Source: Candidatus Obscuribacteraceae bacterium
GTDB lineage: Bacteria > Cyanobacteriota > Vampirovibrionia > Obscuribacterales > Obscuribacteraceae
NCBI GenBank assembly: GCA_044229845.1
Contig: JBGASG010000001.1
Coordinates: 1,007,791-1,071,790, forward strand
Direction: 5' to 3'
Length of the DNA: 64,000 bases
The notes beneath the pieces are model-generated. The model had not been told where the DNA came from. It made no database searches and saw nothing but the letters and a program-made list of their open reading frames with translations. The stretch's first letter is position 1. Every line of letters begins with the position of its first letter. Below are positions 19,734 through 29,029 of this stretch, piece after piece. The position numbers and the translations under genes are program-made.

Positions 19734-19859
19734 TGCGATGTTGTCCTTTTCCTGCGCCCTGCGCAAGTATAGCGAGATTGATCTTGATATAGCTGATACC
19801 CTTGCGGCCTGCCGATCAAACGCTTGAGAAGACGAAGAATTTGTGAATATGCTTGGTTT

Positions 19860-21668
19860 TCAGCGCCTGAGCCGCGCTACGGTCAAGATAAAACCTAAGA
19901 CGAGCATCAGCGTCAGAAGCGCGATTAGCGGGATTGCGACCGGGCTTATTTCTTCCCATGCACTGGGCTGAATGCGCACGGCGTATGGGATTTCGTCGAC
20001 AGACTTCATCGACGAATCGCCGTCGATGCGCACCTTAAAAACGCCGCGATACAGCCCTGGCGGCTGATCCGCCGGAACAGCCACTGGAATGGAAATCACT
20101 TTCGCTGTGTCGCCAGGTTCGAGTACTGCTTCGAACGGCTTGCCGCCGTTAATTTGGGACGGTTGAATCGTCGCAGATTGCTGCGCCGCGTCGTGGTGTT
20201 TTTCCGGAACGAATTGCGCCGGTTGCGGCGTCAAAACTACTTTCGTGTCCGATTGAACTTTTTTGCCCACTCGAGCGTTTATAGATAGAGGCACTTTCGT
20301 AGAAGTAGGTTCCGGAAAGAAAAATCCGGGCTTTCTGACAGCTGTCTGTTTCTCCGTTTCCTCGAACAAAATACGGGAGGGCACAGTCACGCAATAACAA
20401 ACCAATTCCGGGACCAGTGCGGTCGATACCAGGCGCACGGCACCAAAATAATTTCCTGGCTGGCATTTCGGGTCTACTTCAGCTACCAGTTCGATCGGTT
20501 GCCAGCTGGCGTTATTGTTTTTTTGCTTGAACGCCGGTGCCAGTTCGTACTGAGATTCTTTCAGATGAACTTTCATCATGCCGGACGGCAAAGTCGATGC
20601 TGGTTGTAGCGGTCCGGAGATCGACTTGCCGTTTTGTTTTACAGCGGTGAGCAGTTTCTGGCGCTCTGTCGGCGTCAGTCGCGGGGTTTCATCCGAAAGA
20701 CCGGTAACCTTTTCCGGATAGCAAGAGCGCGAAGCTGCCTTGATTTCCGTCAGGCTTTGCGCGCCTTTGATTTCGCCGAAGTCGGCCAGTCCGCCGCTGG
20801 CTGCGTCCGCTATGTCGATTTTGGCGCGTAAGTCCGCGATGGTTTTCTGCACGGCCCGGTAGATGCGGTTGGCTACCGTCGAGCCGCCTTCGGTTGTCAC
20901 GTCAAGGAAATCGCCACCCAATATGGTGGCAAGTTCTTTGGCGGTAGTGGTGCCTGCCTTGCGATCAGGCAGGCGCTGCAACCCGATCACGCGCACTTGC
21001 AGTGTGTTGACGCCCAGCTTATCGGTAAGGGCGCGCTGCTTGTCGACAAAAGTTCTGGCCACATCTTTCACTTTCAGTGATGCACCGGGTGGCGGTTCAT
21101 CCCAGCCATCGGTGAGCATCACTACGAACGTGGTGGCACAGGGGTCGGCGCCTTTCGTCAACTCTTCAATCTTCGTGTACGCACTATCAAGTGCGCCGGC
21201 CATATAAGTATCACCGTGTTTGTCTGCTTGCAGCTCGGCGTTGTTTGAGATGTGCGCCACCAGTTGCGCTCGATCGTCCGGCGAAGCGATGCTCGCCGGC
21301 CAGTCTGTTTTTGGTTCGATGGCGGTGCCGAATGTAATAAACGAGAGCTTGCTGTTAGGTGGTATCACGCGCTCGTCGTTGACGATGGCGCGCAGCGCAT
21401 CGCGCAGTGCTTCAAACAACGTCACCTGCTTGCCGCCGGCACCGGTGACCATGGTGCGTTTCGATACCATGCTGCCCGAGACATCAATCAGAAATATATA
21501 GTTGATCGGACGTTCAGCGGATTCGGATGGACCGGGAGACACGGTCGTTGAGGGTGCACCGATCTGGGCATGCGCAGGCGTAAATCCCGGCCACGGCAGC
21601 AACCAAGACATCGACACCGCCAGCAAAAATGCCAGGGTGATGATGCGGCGACTCGACTTGCTGCGCAC
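19860..21668 (-). CDS. vWA domain protein, exported with a C-terminal TM anchor
   Basis: Signal peptide, MIDAS DVSGS...T...LTDG, beta-rich region, C-terminal TM followed by RLRR. Confidence 0.85.
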   Translation of the reverse strand: MRSKSSRRIITLAFLLAVSMSWLLPWPGFTPAHAQIGAPSTTVSPGPSESAERPINYIFLIDVSGSMVSKRTMVTGAGGKQVTLFEALRDALRAIVNDERVIPPNSKLSFITFGTAIEPKTDWPASIASPDDRAQLVAHISNNAELQADKHGDTYMAGALDSAYTKIEELTKGADPCATTFVVMLTDGWDEPPPGASLKVKDVARTFVDKQRALTDKLGVNTLQVRVIGLQRLPDRKAGTTTAKELATILGGDFLDVTTEGGSTVANRIYRAVQKTIADLRAKIDIADAASGGLADFGEIKGAQSLTEIKAASRSCYPEKVTGLSDETPRLTPTERQKLLTAVKQNGKSISGPLQPASTLPSGMMKVHLKESQYELAPAFKQKNNNASWQPIELVAEVDPKCQPGNYFGAVRLVSTALVPELVCYCVTVPSRILFEETEKQTAVRKPGFFFPEPTSTKVPLSINARVGKKVQSDTKVVLTPQPAQFVPEKHHDAAQQSATIQPSQINGGKPFEAVLEPGDTAKVISIPVAVPADQPPGLYRGVFKVRIDGDSSMKSVDEIPYAVRIQPSAWEEISPVAIPLIALLTLMLVLGFILTVARLRR

Positions 21669-21672
21669 TACT

Positions 21673-22119
21673 TCACGACTTCAAAACGAAGGGGCACCGG
21701 GTGCAGAACGCTTTGGCAAACTGCACCGGTTTCTCTTCAATATCAAGTGCATTCTGCACGCTGCAGTGCAGAGTGGCACCACACTTGGGGCACTCCAGTT
21801 CGCGGTTGCCCATCAGAATTGAGCGAATCAACTGCTGCTCCTGCGCCGCGGTGCTTTCTTCGTTGAAAGCTGTGCGCACCTCTACTTCTTGTAGCAGCGA
21901 TGGCTCAATCACCAGAGCCTTGCACAAAATCTGGCGGTCGGCTGCCGAGAGCCAGCCCTCCAGCCCTGCCTCAAGATCCTCTATGCGTTGCACCGTGAAG
22001 CGGCAAGACTTCGCAAGATCTTTCGTGGTCAGATTGCGGAATTCCCGCAGCTGTCTAAGGCGCTGCGCCAGAGTTGACGCCAGCGGCATATCCGAAGGTA
22101 GTCGTTTGATTTGTGCCAT
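21673..22119 (-). CDS. XRE-family HTH regulator with a C-terminal zinc ribbon
   Basis: LAQRLRQLREFRNLTTKDLAK HTH; CPKC...CTRC; ends 4 nt before the vWA start. Confidence 0.75.
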   Translation of the reverse strand: MAQIKRLPSDMPLASTLAQRLRQLREFRNLTTKDLAKSCRFTVQRIEDLEAGLEGWLSAADRQILCKALVIEPSLLQEVEVRTAFNEESTAAQEQQLIRSILMGNRELECPKCGATLHCSVQNALDIEEKPVQFAKAFCTRCPFVLKS

Positions 22120-22269
22120 GCGTAATTTCTAGCACGAATCGCCCGCCAAGATGTGGAGTACCGCAGACGACCAGAAGCCACGGAGCAACACAGATGCCCC
22201 GTGGCTATAAACTTCTTAATGCCTGACCGCCGCGCTATCTTGCATTGACGCGACGGAAAGATTTTGTTC

Positions 22270-22473
22270 TCAGCTGGCTTCGCTGGTGTCGTTTGCGATT
22301 TCGCTGGTTTTACTGCTGTGGCCGATCATCTTGTCGATCAGCTCGAAAATCGCCGCCGCCTCTTCCGACTTGCCTCGCGAGTGATACATGAACGCGATGG
22401 CTTTGAGCTCGGCGACTTCTCGTTCGTTGAGGGACTTCGGGTGTCCTGATTTGTTGCTCTTATCTGTGTTCAT
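22270..22473 (-). CDS. Small hypothetical protein (single TPR-like hairpin)
   Basis: ELKAIAFMYHSRGKSEEAAAIFE is TPR-like; a hairpin lies downstream at about 22176-22205. Confidence 0.45.
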   Translation of the reverse strand: MNTDKSNKSGHPKSLNEREVAELKAIAFMYHSRGKSEEAAAIFELIDKMIGHSSKTSEIANDTSEAS

Positions 22474-22667
22474 AGGACTCAACCCGGTGAAGTAGGCAAC
22501 CCACGTGCCTGAGCGCGGGCGCCTATGAGTCAATTAAAATCCTCCTGGCACCGGGAAGGTAGATATGTTTTCCATATAGGAGTACATGTTTCCCGGAATC
22601 ATGCGCAGGCGCGGCGCTTTCGGCTTCGTTAGACGCGCTGCATTACACGAAAATACTGCGTTAGACT

Positions 22668-23900
22668 GTGACAATGCGCAAATTTGAGAGAAGCCACCCC
22701 TGCGTTCTGTCGCCCGACGCCTTCAAGCAGGCGTTGCAGAAGTACGCCGTGCGGCATGTCAAGGGTGAGGCTGTATTTTCGCTGATCTCCGTGCGAGTGA
22801 CGAATTTTGCCGATCTGTCGACTAAATACGGAGCAACGGCCACACTTGTGGCTGGTGACTCGTTGCTCGGAGCGTGCTTAAAAGGATTGCGCCAGCAGGA
22901 CCGTGTTTGTCTACCTGCTGACGACTTTTTCCTGTTTCTTCTGCCGGAAGCTGATCAAAGTGGGGTCGAACAGGCCTGCGCGCGCATTATTCAGATTATT
23001 GCCGACGCGAAGTTGAAGCACGACGGCAATACGTTGAAGCCGGAGGGTGAGGTGCTCTCGACCCATCTCGGCGACGCAGTTTGTGACATTGATGCGATGT
23101 TGCATGACGTGGGGGCCACCCTGGACGAGCATGGAGAGATCATCAGGCGCACGCCTGAAGCTCAACAACGCACGATTGCCAGTGCGAATCTGGAGAGCTG
23201 GTTGCTGCGATATGAAGGCTTTTCTGGACGAGACGGCGACAGCCCGCGCCCAGTCGTAGCGCGCGATTGCTGGAGCACCAGCCGCGTCAACATAAGGCGT
23301 GCGATACCACAGGCGGAGACCGCTGTGCGCGCCGCTTGGGAAGATGTGGTTAAGCGTGCGCGTGTTCTTCAACACATCGAACATCCCTGCTTGAATCGGC
23401 TGATCGATTTTCACCCTGATGAGACGCACAGCAGTTTGTTTGTTGTCTGGCGATGTTTAGAGGGCGAGACTCTGTCCACCGCTCTAGCAAAAAAGTCCCT
23501 CCCGGTCAGCAGCGCCTTGCGCTGGATCGGCGAGCTGATCGGTGCGCTCGCTTACTTGCAGGGGTTGGTACCGCCGGCGGTGCCCTCCGAATTGACATCG
23601 CAATGTGTGACGATACTTGGGGATGACATTGTCATTGACTGCAGTTTCGATGCATATGTCTTCAACGAGAATCCACCGGCGGAAGAGACATCGAGGCGTT
23701 TGCTGCTGCAGACCGCCGGGCTGATGGGCGAGATCACTGATGCTACCGAGAGTTCGCAGTTGCCGGCGGAGCTCACTCAGATCATTGATGACCTAAAAAA
23801 GGACAAGTTGCCGCCGGCTCTCAATACGATGCACAAATTGCGTTCGGCGGTGCGCAAAATCATAGAACGCGCCGAAACCGAGGTGAAAAAACATGCTTAA
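22668..23900 (+). CDS. Degenerate GGDEF-like domain fused to a pseudokinase domain
   Basis: GGDEF-like fold with RQQD I-site and ADDFF in place of GGDEF; kinase-like part (LQHIEHPCLNRLIDF, LEGETLS, ALAYLQ) has no HRD or DFG. Confidence 0.65.
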   Translation: MTMRKFERSHPCVLSPDAFKQALQKYAVRHVKGEAVFSLISVRVTNFADLSTKYGATATLVAGDSLLGACLKGLRQQDRVCLPADDFFLFLLPEADQSGVEQACARIIQIIADAKLKHDGNTLKPEGEVLSTHLGDAVCDIDAMLHDVGATLDEHGEIIRRTPEAQQRTIASANLESWLLRYEGFSGRDGDSPRPVVARDCWSTSRVNIRRAIPQAETAVRAAWEDVVKRARVLQHIEHPCLNRLIDFHPDETHSSLFVVWRCLEGETLSTALAKKSLPVSSALRWIGELIGALAYLQGLVPPAVPSELTSQCVTILGDDIVIDCSFDAYVFNENPPAEETSRRLLLQTAGLMGEITDATESSQLPAELTQIIDDLKKDKLPPALNTMHKLRSAVRKIIERAETEVKKHA

Positions 23901-25083
23901 CTTCGGGAGATTGATGCCGCAGATTGCGGAAGTCGGGCAGGAAAGCGTCAACGAGCTTGACTCGCAAGAGGCGCGTCTTTTGGCTGCGCAGGAAACATTC
24001 GACGAGGTCACAGAAAATCCGGACTCCTTCGCAGTGCGCATGCTCGATAACGTCGATCATGCGCAGTGGCCGCTGTCGATTCCGCTGGAGCCGATTTCCA
24101 CACAAAAATCCGTACAACCGCTGGCGTCACCGCATACGGTGGTAGCCTGCGACGGCTCGCAAATTCTGCCCAGCCATCACGAGGTCTATAGCTGTTATCT
24201 ACTCAACATCGGCAGTGCGTTGATTACCTACGGTACTCTGCAGCCGCCTATTCTGGAATCGCAACCGCATCTGTATCACCGCCCGCATGAGTTGTATCCG
24301 TTGATCAATGGCCGGCGCATGCATGTCGATGAACAGTTTGTCGCCCTCGAACGCAATTTACTGGAATTGGAACAGGTCTGTCAGCGGGCCATTGCTGCTC
24401 GTGAGCGTTTGCAACCGGTGGTGGCATTCGTTGACGGCAGCCTGATTCCCTGGGGCATGCACGACATGCCATTGCCCTATCAGACCGAGTTCACCGTCCG
24501 CATCATCGGTGCATTGGAGCGCCTCAGGCAATATCAGGTGCCGATTGTCGGATACATCAGTCATAGTCGCAGTTCAGATTTGATCAACGATCTGCGTGTC
24601 TGGCGTTGTCCTTATCCCAAGGCGCGCTGTCGCGACCACTGCGGCTCGCTCAATGAGGAAGAGTACCCATGTTCGTCTCTCTGGCCGATGACCGACCGAC
24701 AACTGTTGATGGCGGCGTTGCCCAAGCATCGTCGCACCTGCGTCTTCAAATCGTCGGCCGCGGCGCTTGATGCGTTTCCTTTGCCTGAGAAAACCTGCTT
24801 TGCGTATCTCAACGTCGGACACGAAGTGGCGCGTCTGGAGTTTCCTCACTGGGTGTTCGCCGACCCGAAGTACTTCGAATTAATGCTATCGGCGACGCTC
24901 ACTCAGGCTGACAAGGGTATGGGTTATCCAGTCGCGCTGTCAGAAGCACATAATTTGGCTGTAATTCGCGCCAGTGACCGCAGCAAGTTTTTCGATCTGC
25001 TAACCAAACATCTGGTCAGCCTGGGGGTCGGAAAAGTCCGCGTAAGCCCCAAAGAATCACGCAAACGGCGCAGCATAATCTAA
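23893..25083 (+). CDS. nurA: NurA domain nuclease
   Basis: VACDGSQI, FVDGSLIPW, ARLEFP, GYPVALSEAHNLAVI; overlaps the previous gene by 8 nt. Confidence 0.88.
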   Translation: MLNFGRLMPQIAEVGQESVNELDSQEARLLAAQETFDEVTENPDSFAVRMLDNVDHAQWPLSIPLEPISTQKSVQPLASPHTVVACDGSQILPSHHEVYSCYLLNIGSALITYGTLQPPILESQPHLYHRPHELYPLINGRRMHVDEQFVALERNLLELEQVCQRAIAARERLQPVVAFVDGSLIPWGMHDMPLPYQTEFTVRIIGALERLRQYQVPIVGYISHSRSSDLINDLRVWRCPYPKARCRDHCGSLNEEEYPCSSLWPMTDRQLLMAALPKHRRTCVFKSSAAALDAFPLPEKTCFAYLNVGHEVARLEFPHWVFADPKYFELMLSATLTQADKGMGYPVALSEAHNLAVIRASDRSKFFDLLTKHLVSLGVGKVRVSPKESRKRRSII

Positions 25084-25202
25084 CGAAATTCTCAGCGAGC
25101 GCAGACCTAAAATGGCGCACATTCGCGGGTTGTCAGTTAGTGCTAATATCCGAGCAATTGCCAGTCTGCGTGACGTGCGCGGCAAGTTGTAAGGAGTCTG
25201 TT

Positions 25203-26384
25203 GTGTCTTTAGCTCTCGAAAAAGCTCTGGTGGCATCTCACCCCCTCAACGACATCGCTAAGAAAGTCGTTGCCGGAGAACGTATCTCCAAAGCAGACGC
25301 CATGCGTCTCTATGAGTCGAACGACATGGTGACGATTGGTGCTCTCGGCGAACACGCGCGTCAGCGCAAGGCAGGCGCCGGCAAAGAGAACTACGTCTAT
25401 TACATCCACAACATGCATCTCAACCCGACCAACTTCTGTGTTGAGACGTGCCGTTTCTGTTCGTACTCCAATCCGCTCAGCAAGTCTTATACATGGAACG
25501 TTGAGCAAGTCATGGAAAAAGCGCGTCAAGGCGTTGCTGATGGTATCAATGAAATCCACATGGTGGGCGGACTGAATCCCAAGTGCGACCTCAACTACTA
25601 CGAAGAAGTCTTCCGCTCGATCAAAAAAGAATTTCCGCATTTGCATTTGAAAGCAATGACTGCGGTTGAGATCGAATACCTCGCCAATCTGGCACAGATA
25701 TCTCAGCGTGAGTGCCTGGAACGCCTGATTCAAGCCGGTCTCGGCTCAATGCCGGGCGGCGGCGCCGAAATATTTGATGAGTCGGTACGCAAGAAAATGC
25801 GCGTCAAGAAAACTCCTGCCGATGTCTGGCTGGGGGTGCATGGTATCGCTCACGATCTCGGATTGAAGAGCAATGCCACCATGCTTACGGGTATCGGTGA
25901 AACAGATGAACACAAGATCGACCACATGATGCTCCTGCGTGAACAGCAAGACAAATCGGGCGGCTTCATGTGTTTCATCCCGTTGAAGTGCTACTACGAA
26001 GGCACCACTATCGAGCCGGGCGAAGTGCAAGAACCGAGCGGCTACGATTTGCTCAAAGATGTCGCGATATCACGGATGGTGCTGGATAACTTCCCGCATA
26101 TCAAAGCATATTGGATTCAGCTTGGTGAGTCGCTGGCGCAAGTGGCGCTCTCCTTTGGAGCCGACGACATGGACGGCACCATTCAAGAAGAGAAGATCAC
26201 ACACGCCGCCGGAGCCAAAACGCCGCTGCAACTGGCTAAAGAGCGCATGGAGTTTTTGATCGCCGAAGCCGGCTACACGCCCGTCGAGCGCGATACTCTC
26301 TATAACATCGTGCGCGTTGCGCAAGTGCAACCGACCTTCGGCGCTCCGCTGCCGGCAGCCAAAGTGCCGGTAGGCATCAGCTAA
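25203..26384 (+). CDS. mqnE: Aminofutalosine synthase (radical SAM, CofH/MqnC/MqnE family)
   Basis: CxxxCxxC (CVETCRFC), HLKAMTAVEI, MPGGGAEIF, HIKAYWI; GTG start after AAGGAG. Confidence 0.82.
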   Translation: MSLALEKALVASHPLNDIAKKVVAGERISKADAMRLYESNDMVTIGALGEHARQRKAGAGKENYVYYIHNMHLNPTNFCVETCRFCSYSNPLSKSYTWNVEQVMEKARQGVADGINEIHMVGGLNPKCDLNYYEEVFRSIKKEFPHLHLKAMTAVEIEYLANLAQISQRECLERLIQAGLGSMPGGGAEIFDESVRKKMRVKKTPADVWLGVHGIAHDLGLKSNATMLTGIGETDEHKIDHMMLLREQQDKSGGFMCFIPLKCYYEGTTIEPGEVQEPSGYDLLKDVAISRMVLDNFPHIKAYWIQLGESLAQVALSFGADDMDGTIQEEKITHAAGAKTPLQLAKERMEFLIAEAGYTPVERDTLYNIVRVAQVQPTFGAPLPAAKVPVGIS

Positions 26385-26601
26385 GATTTGCGAAAAGAAG
26401 CGCTGCCGCGGTGACGCCGCCGAGCAGCAGTCCCAGCGACGGCTCGCACTCGTCTCCGGCACTGGTCTTCGATTGACTGGTGGCCCTGTAGTGGGCCGCC
26501 CAACCTTCTCCTTTCGATAAAACGAGCCCTCGTGGCCCAGTGTTGGGCCAGATCATCGTATTCCGGCCGCGTAGTGGGCCAGTCACTAATGACGCAGCGT
26601 A

Positions 26602-27231
26602 TTACTTGCTCTTCTTAGCTGTTGTCGTCGGTGCGGCTTTGGCTTGCATTGCCTGCAGACCCTTGTGCTGCGCCGGTGCTGCCGCCGGTTTGTGCTGGGC
26701 AACTTTGTGTGCGACCGGACGCCGCGCTCGCCGTGCACCACCGCCGCCACCGCCCCAACTGCCGCTGGGACCGGCGCTCGATGTTTCAATCGAACCGTCG
26801 GCATTGCGTTTGACCGTGACACCACCGCCGCCACCATAGGATCCGCCACCGCCACCGCCGCCGGAATAACCTCCGCCGTCGCCGATCGGACCGTCATCGG
26901 TGAAGCCGCCGGGCGGGATGACTCCGCTGGGACCGGCACTATAAGTCTCTATGGAGCCGTCTTTGTTTCTGTGCAGCGATACGCCGCCTCCGCCTCCAGT
27001 ACGGAAATTGGTCTTACCTCCCGACCTGGCCGGCGCCGGGCTATAGACAGGTGTAGGTGGAGGCGCCGCAGCGCCCGCTTCAACGCTGTCGTCGTCGATG
27101 GCTTCCCACTTGGTCGAGCCATCTGCGTTTTTGGAAGAACGGACCGTGTTGTCGGCTAAAACTATGGGTGCCAGGGAAAACAAACATATCAGCGCGACAA
27201 GGGTAAATCGCGCAATCTTGAATTGCACCAT
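26602..27231 (-). CDS. Secreted Gly-rich protein with internal repeats
   Basis: Signal peptide; two copies of GGGGGV...N(K/A)DGSIET.SAGPSG; Lys/Ala-rich tail. Confidence 0.7.
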   Translation of the reverse strand: MVQFKIARFTLVALICLFSLAPIVLADNTVRSSKNADGSTKWEAIDDDSVEAGAAAPPPTPVYSPAPARSGGKTNFRTGGGGGVSLHRNKDGSIETYSAGPSGVIPPGGFTDDGPIGDGGGYSGGGGGGGSYGGGGGVTVKRNADGSIETSSAGPSGSWGGGGGGARRARRPVAHKVAQHKPAAAPAQHKGLQAMQAKAAPTTTAKKSK

Positions 27232-27610
27232 GGTTCGCCTCTTAGTAATTCATACAAGGGAAAAGTGAAACACCAGCGTAGCCTTGCCTGCCTGCGATGT
27301 CAAGCATTTAATCTTCTTGTGCCCAGTTCGGAGCAGCTTCAACTAACGGGCGACCAGCTCCATCAGTTCTTTGCCGAACAGCTCTCGAGTCAGCCGCAAC
27401 TGACGCGCTGGAAAGTCGCGCAGCGTCGCCGCACAACTGAGCCGAAGCTGCCAACCGCAAACGGGCGCCACTTCTTCCGCAGTTGGACGCAGCTGATTTC
27501 ATAATCGGACGGCGTATTTCACGCGTCCGCGTGCGTGGTTCTACTCTACCCAACCGGCCGTTGATGGCGTACATTTGGGCAAACCCGTTCCCCCACACTG
27601 AGGCAGCCCT

Positions 27611-29014
27611 ATGAGCGGCACCGGTAGGCTTTCAGACGCGGCATCCACAGACAGAGCATTGAAGTCAGCGGACATTGCAGCCGCATTCCTGAACGGGGAG
27701 CCTCCGACTCGCCGCCCCACAGCGACGCCGCAGTCCGTGGCTCCGGTAGAAACTGCAACCCAAGTTGGGGACGCGAGCACCACGGCAGCGGCTAAAGCGG
27801 CCTCTGCAGGAAACGGCGGAAAGCTCACCCGCCGCGACGAGATTACCCGTCTACTCGACCACCAGAGCAAGGAGCCGCTGTCCGACCGGGATCGGCGCGA
27901 AATGGGCGCCTGGTTGACCAGCCACTTTTCGCGACTGACTGAAGCCAACCTTGCCCTGGGCGATGGCGTCAGCAAAGACGATGTAATCGAAAGCTACGCA
28001 TCGGCCAAATGGAACGACAACAGTAGGTTCCTTTGGTCAGACATGCGCATGCTGAAGCGTGTAGCATCGCATTTCGATACTCTGGCGCTCGGCGGCACCA
28101 CGGCAGATTCCGTGGAGAAGGAAGACATCGACACGGTGATCAAGCGCGGCACCGTCAAACGCAGCGACAACGACGTGACCACGACATTCCCCGACGGTAG
28201 TCTCACGCGCCGCACCAATAGCGGTGACCTGTTCAAGAAGGACGCGGATGGCTCGATGCACTTTCAGGCTTCAACCGTGCAGATGGAGTTGGCGGCCAAC
28301 GGCTCCGGCTATCTACGTATGCAAGCGCCCAAGCTATTTGGCGGCGGTTCAGAGCCCAAAGAGATCAAACTGACCCGCGGCTCCAACAATGGCTGGTCGG
28401 GAGTAACAGAAAACGGCGATCCGCTGGAACTCTCAATCGATGATCATTCCGTGCGAGTGCGCAGCGACGACATGGATATGCTGCTCACCACCAATGGTGG
28501 CTATATCCGCGATCCGGGCGATCCGAATTTTGCAATCTTCATCAACACCGACGGATCTCTGACCATGAACGAGGATGGCAAAGTTGCCACCATCGCACGC
28601 AATCCGGAAAACGGCATTCTAATGTCCAAAGAACGCGACGGCAGCATCTCCGTCAAGTATCCCTTCGGTGCAGATTATTATCGCAACGCGGATGGCACCG
28701 CCGGTTTTGACGGCACCCACGGATTGCCGAACGTCGGCATCAAAGCAGACGGCACCATAACTGTCTTTGACAAAGAAGCAGTAAAGGAAGCCGCCGTCAC
28801 CAGGACGGCAGATGGTATCAGCCAAGCCAAACTGCAGAGCGGCGTGGTCGTCAATTACGACAGCGGGAAGAAACTCTTGTCGTTCGTCCTGCCGGTTGAT
28901 CCCGATGACCCGTCCGTGAATGTCACCATGTCCTACGATGAAGGCGGCACATTCTCGTTGCGTCCGCCCGTAGGCGATTCAATAGAAATGAAACCACCCG
29001 TCATCAAGTATTAA
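27611..29014 (+). CDS. Hypothetical protein with repeated DG(S/T) beta-hairpins
   Basis: 467-aa ORF with a low-complexity N-terminus and recurring xxDGS/DGT turns. Confidence 0.65.
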   Translation: MSGTGRLSDAASTDRALKSADIAAAFLNGEPPTRRPTATPQSVAPVETATQVGDASTTAAAKAASAGNGGKLTRRDEITRLLDHQSKEPLSDRDRREMGAWLTSHFSRLTEANLALGDGVSKDDVIESYASAKWNDNSRFLWSDMRMLKRVASHFDTLALGGTTADSVEKEDIDTVIKRGTVKRSDNDVTTTFPDGSLTRRTNSGDLFKKDADGSMHFQASTVQMELAANGSGYLRMQAPKLFGGGSEPKEIKLTRGSNNGWSGVTENGDPLELSIDDHSVRVRSDDMDMLLTTNGGYIRDPGDPNFAIFINTDGSLTMNEDGKVATIARNPENGILMSKERDGSISVKYPFGADYYRNADGTAGFDGTHGLPNVGIKADGTITVFDKEAVKEAAVTRTADGISQAKLQSGVVVNYDSGKKLLSFVLPVDPDDPSVNVTMSYDEGGTFSLRPPVGDSIEMKPPVIKY

Positions 29015-29029
29015 TCCAGCGTATCTCGA

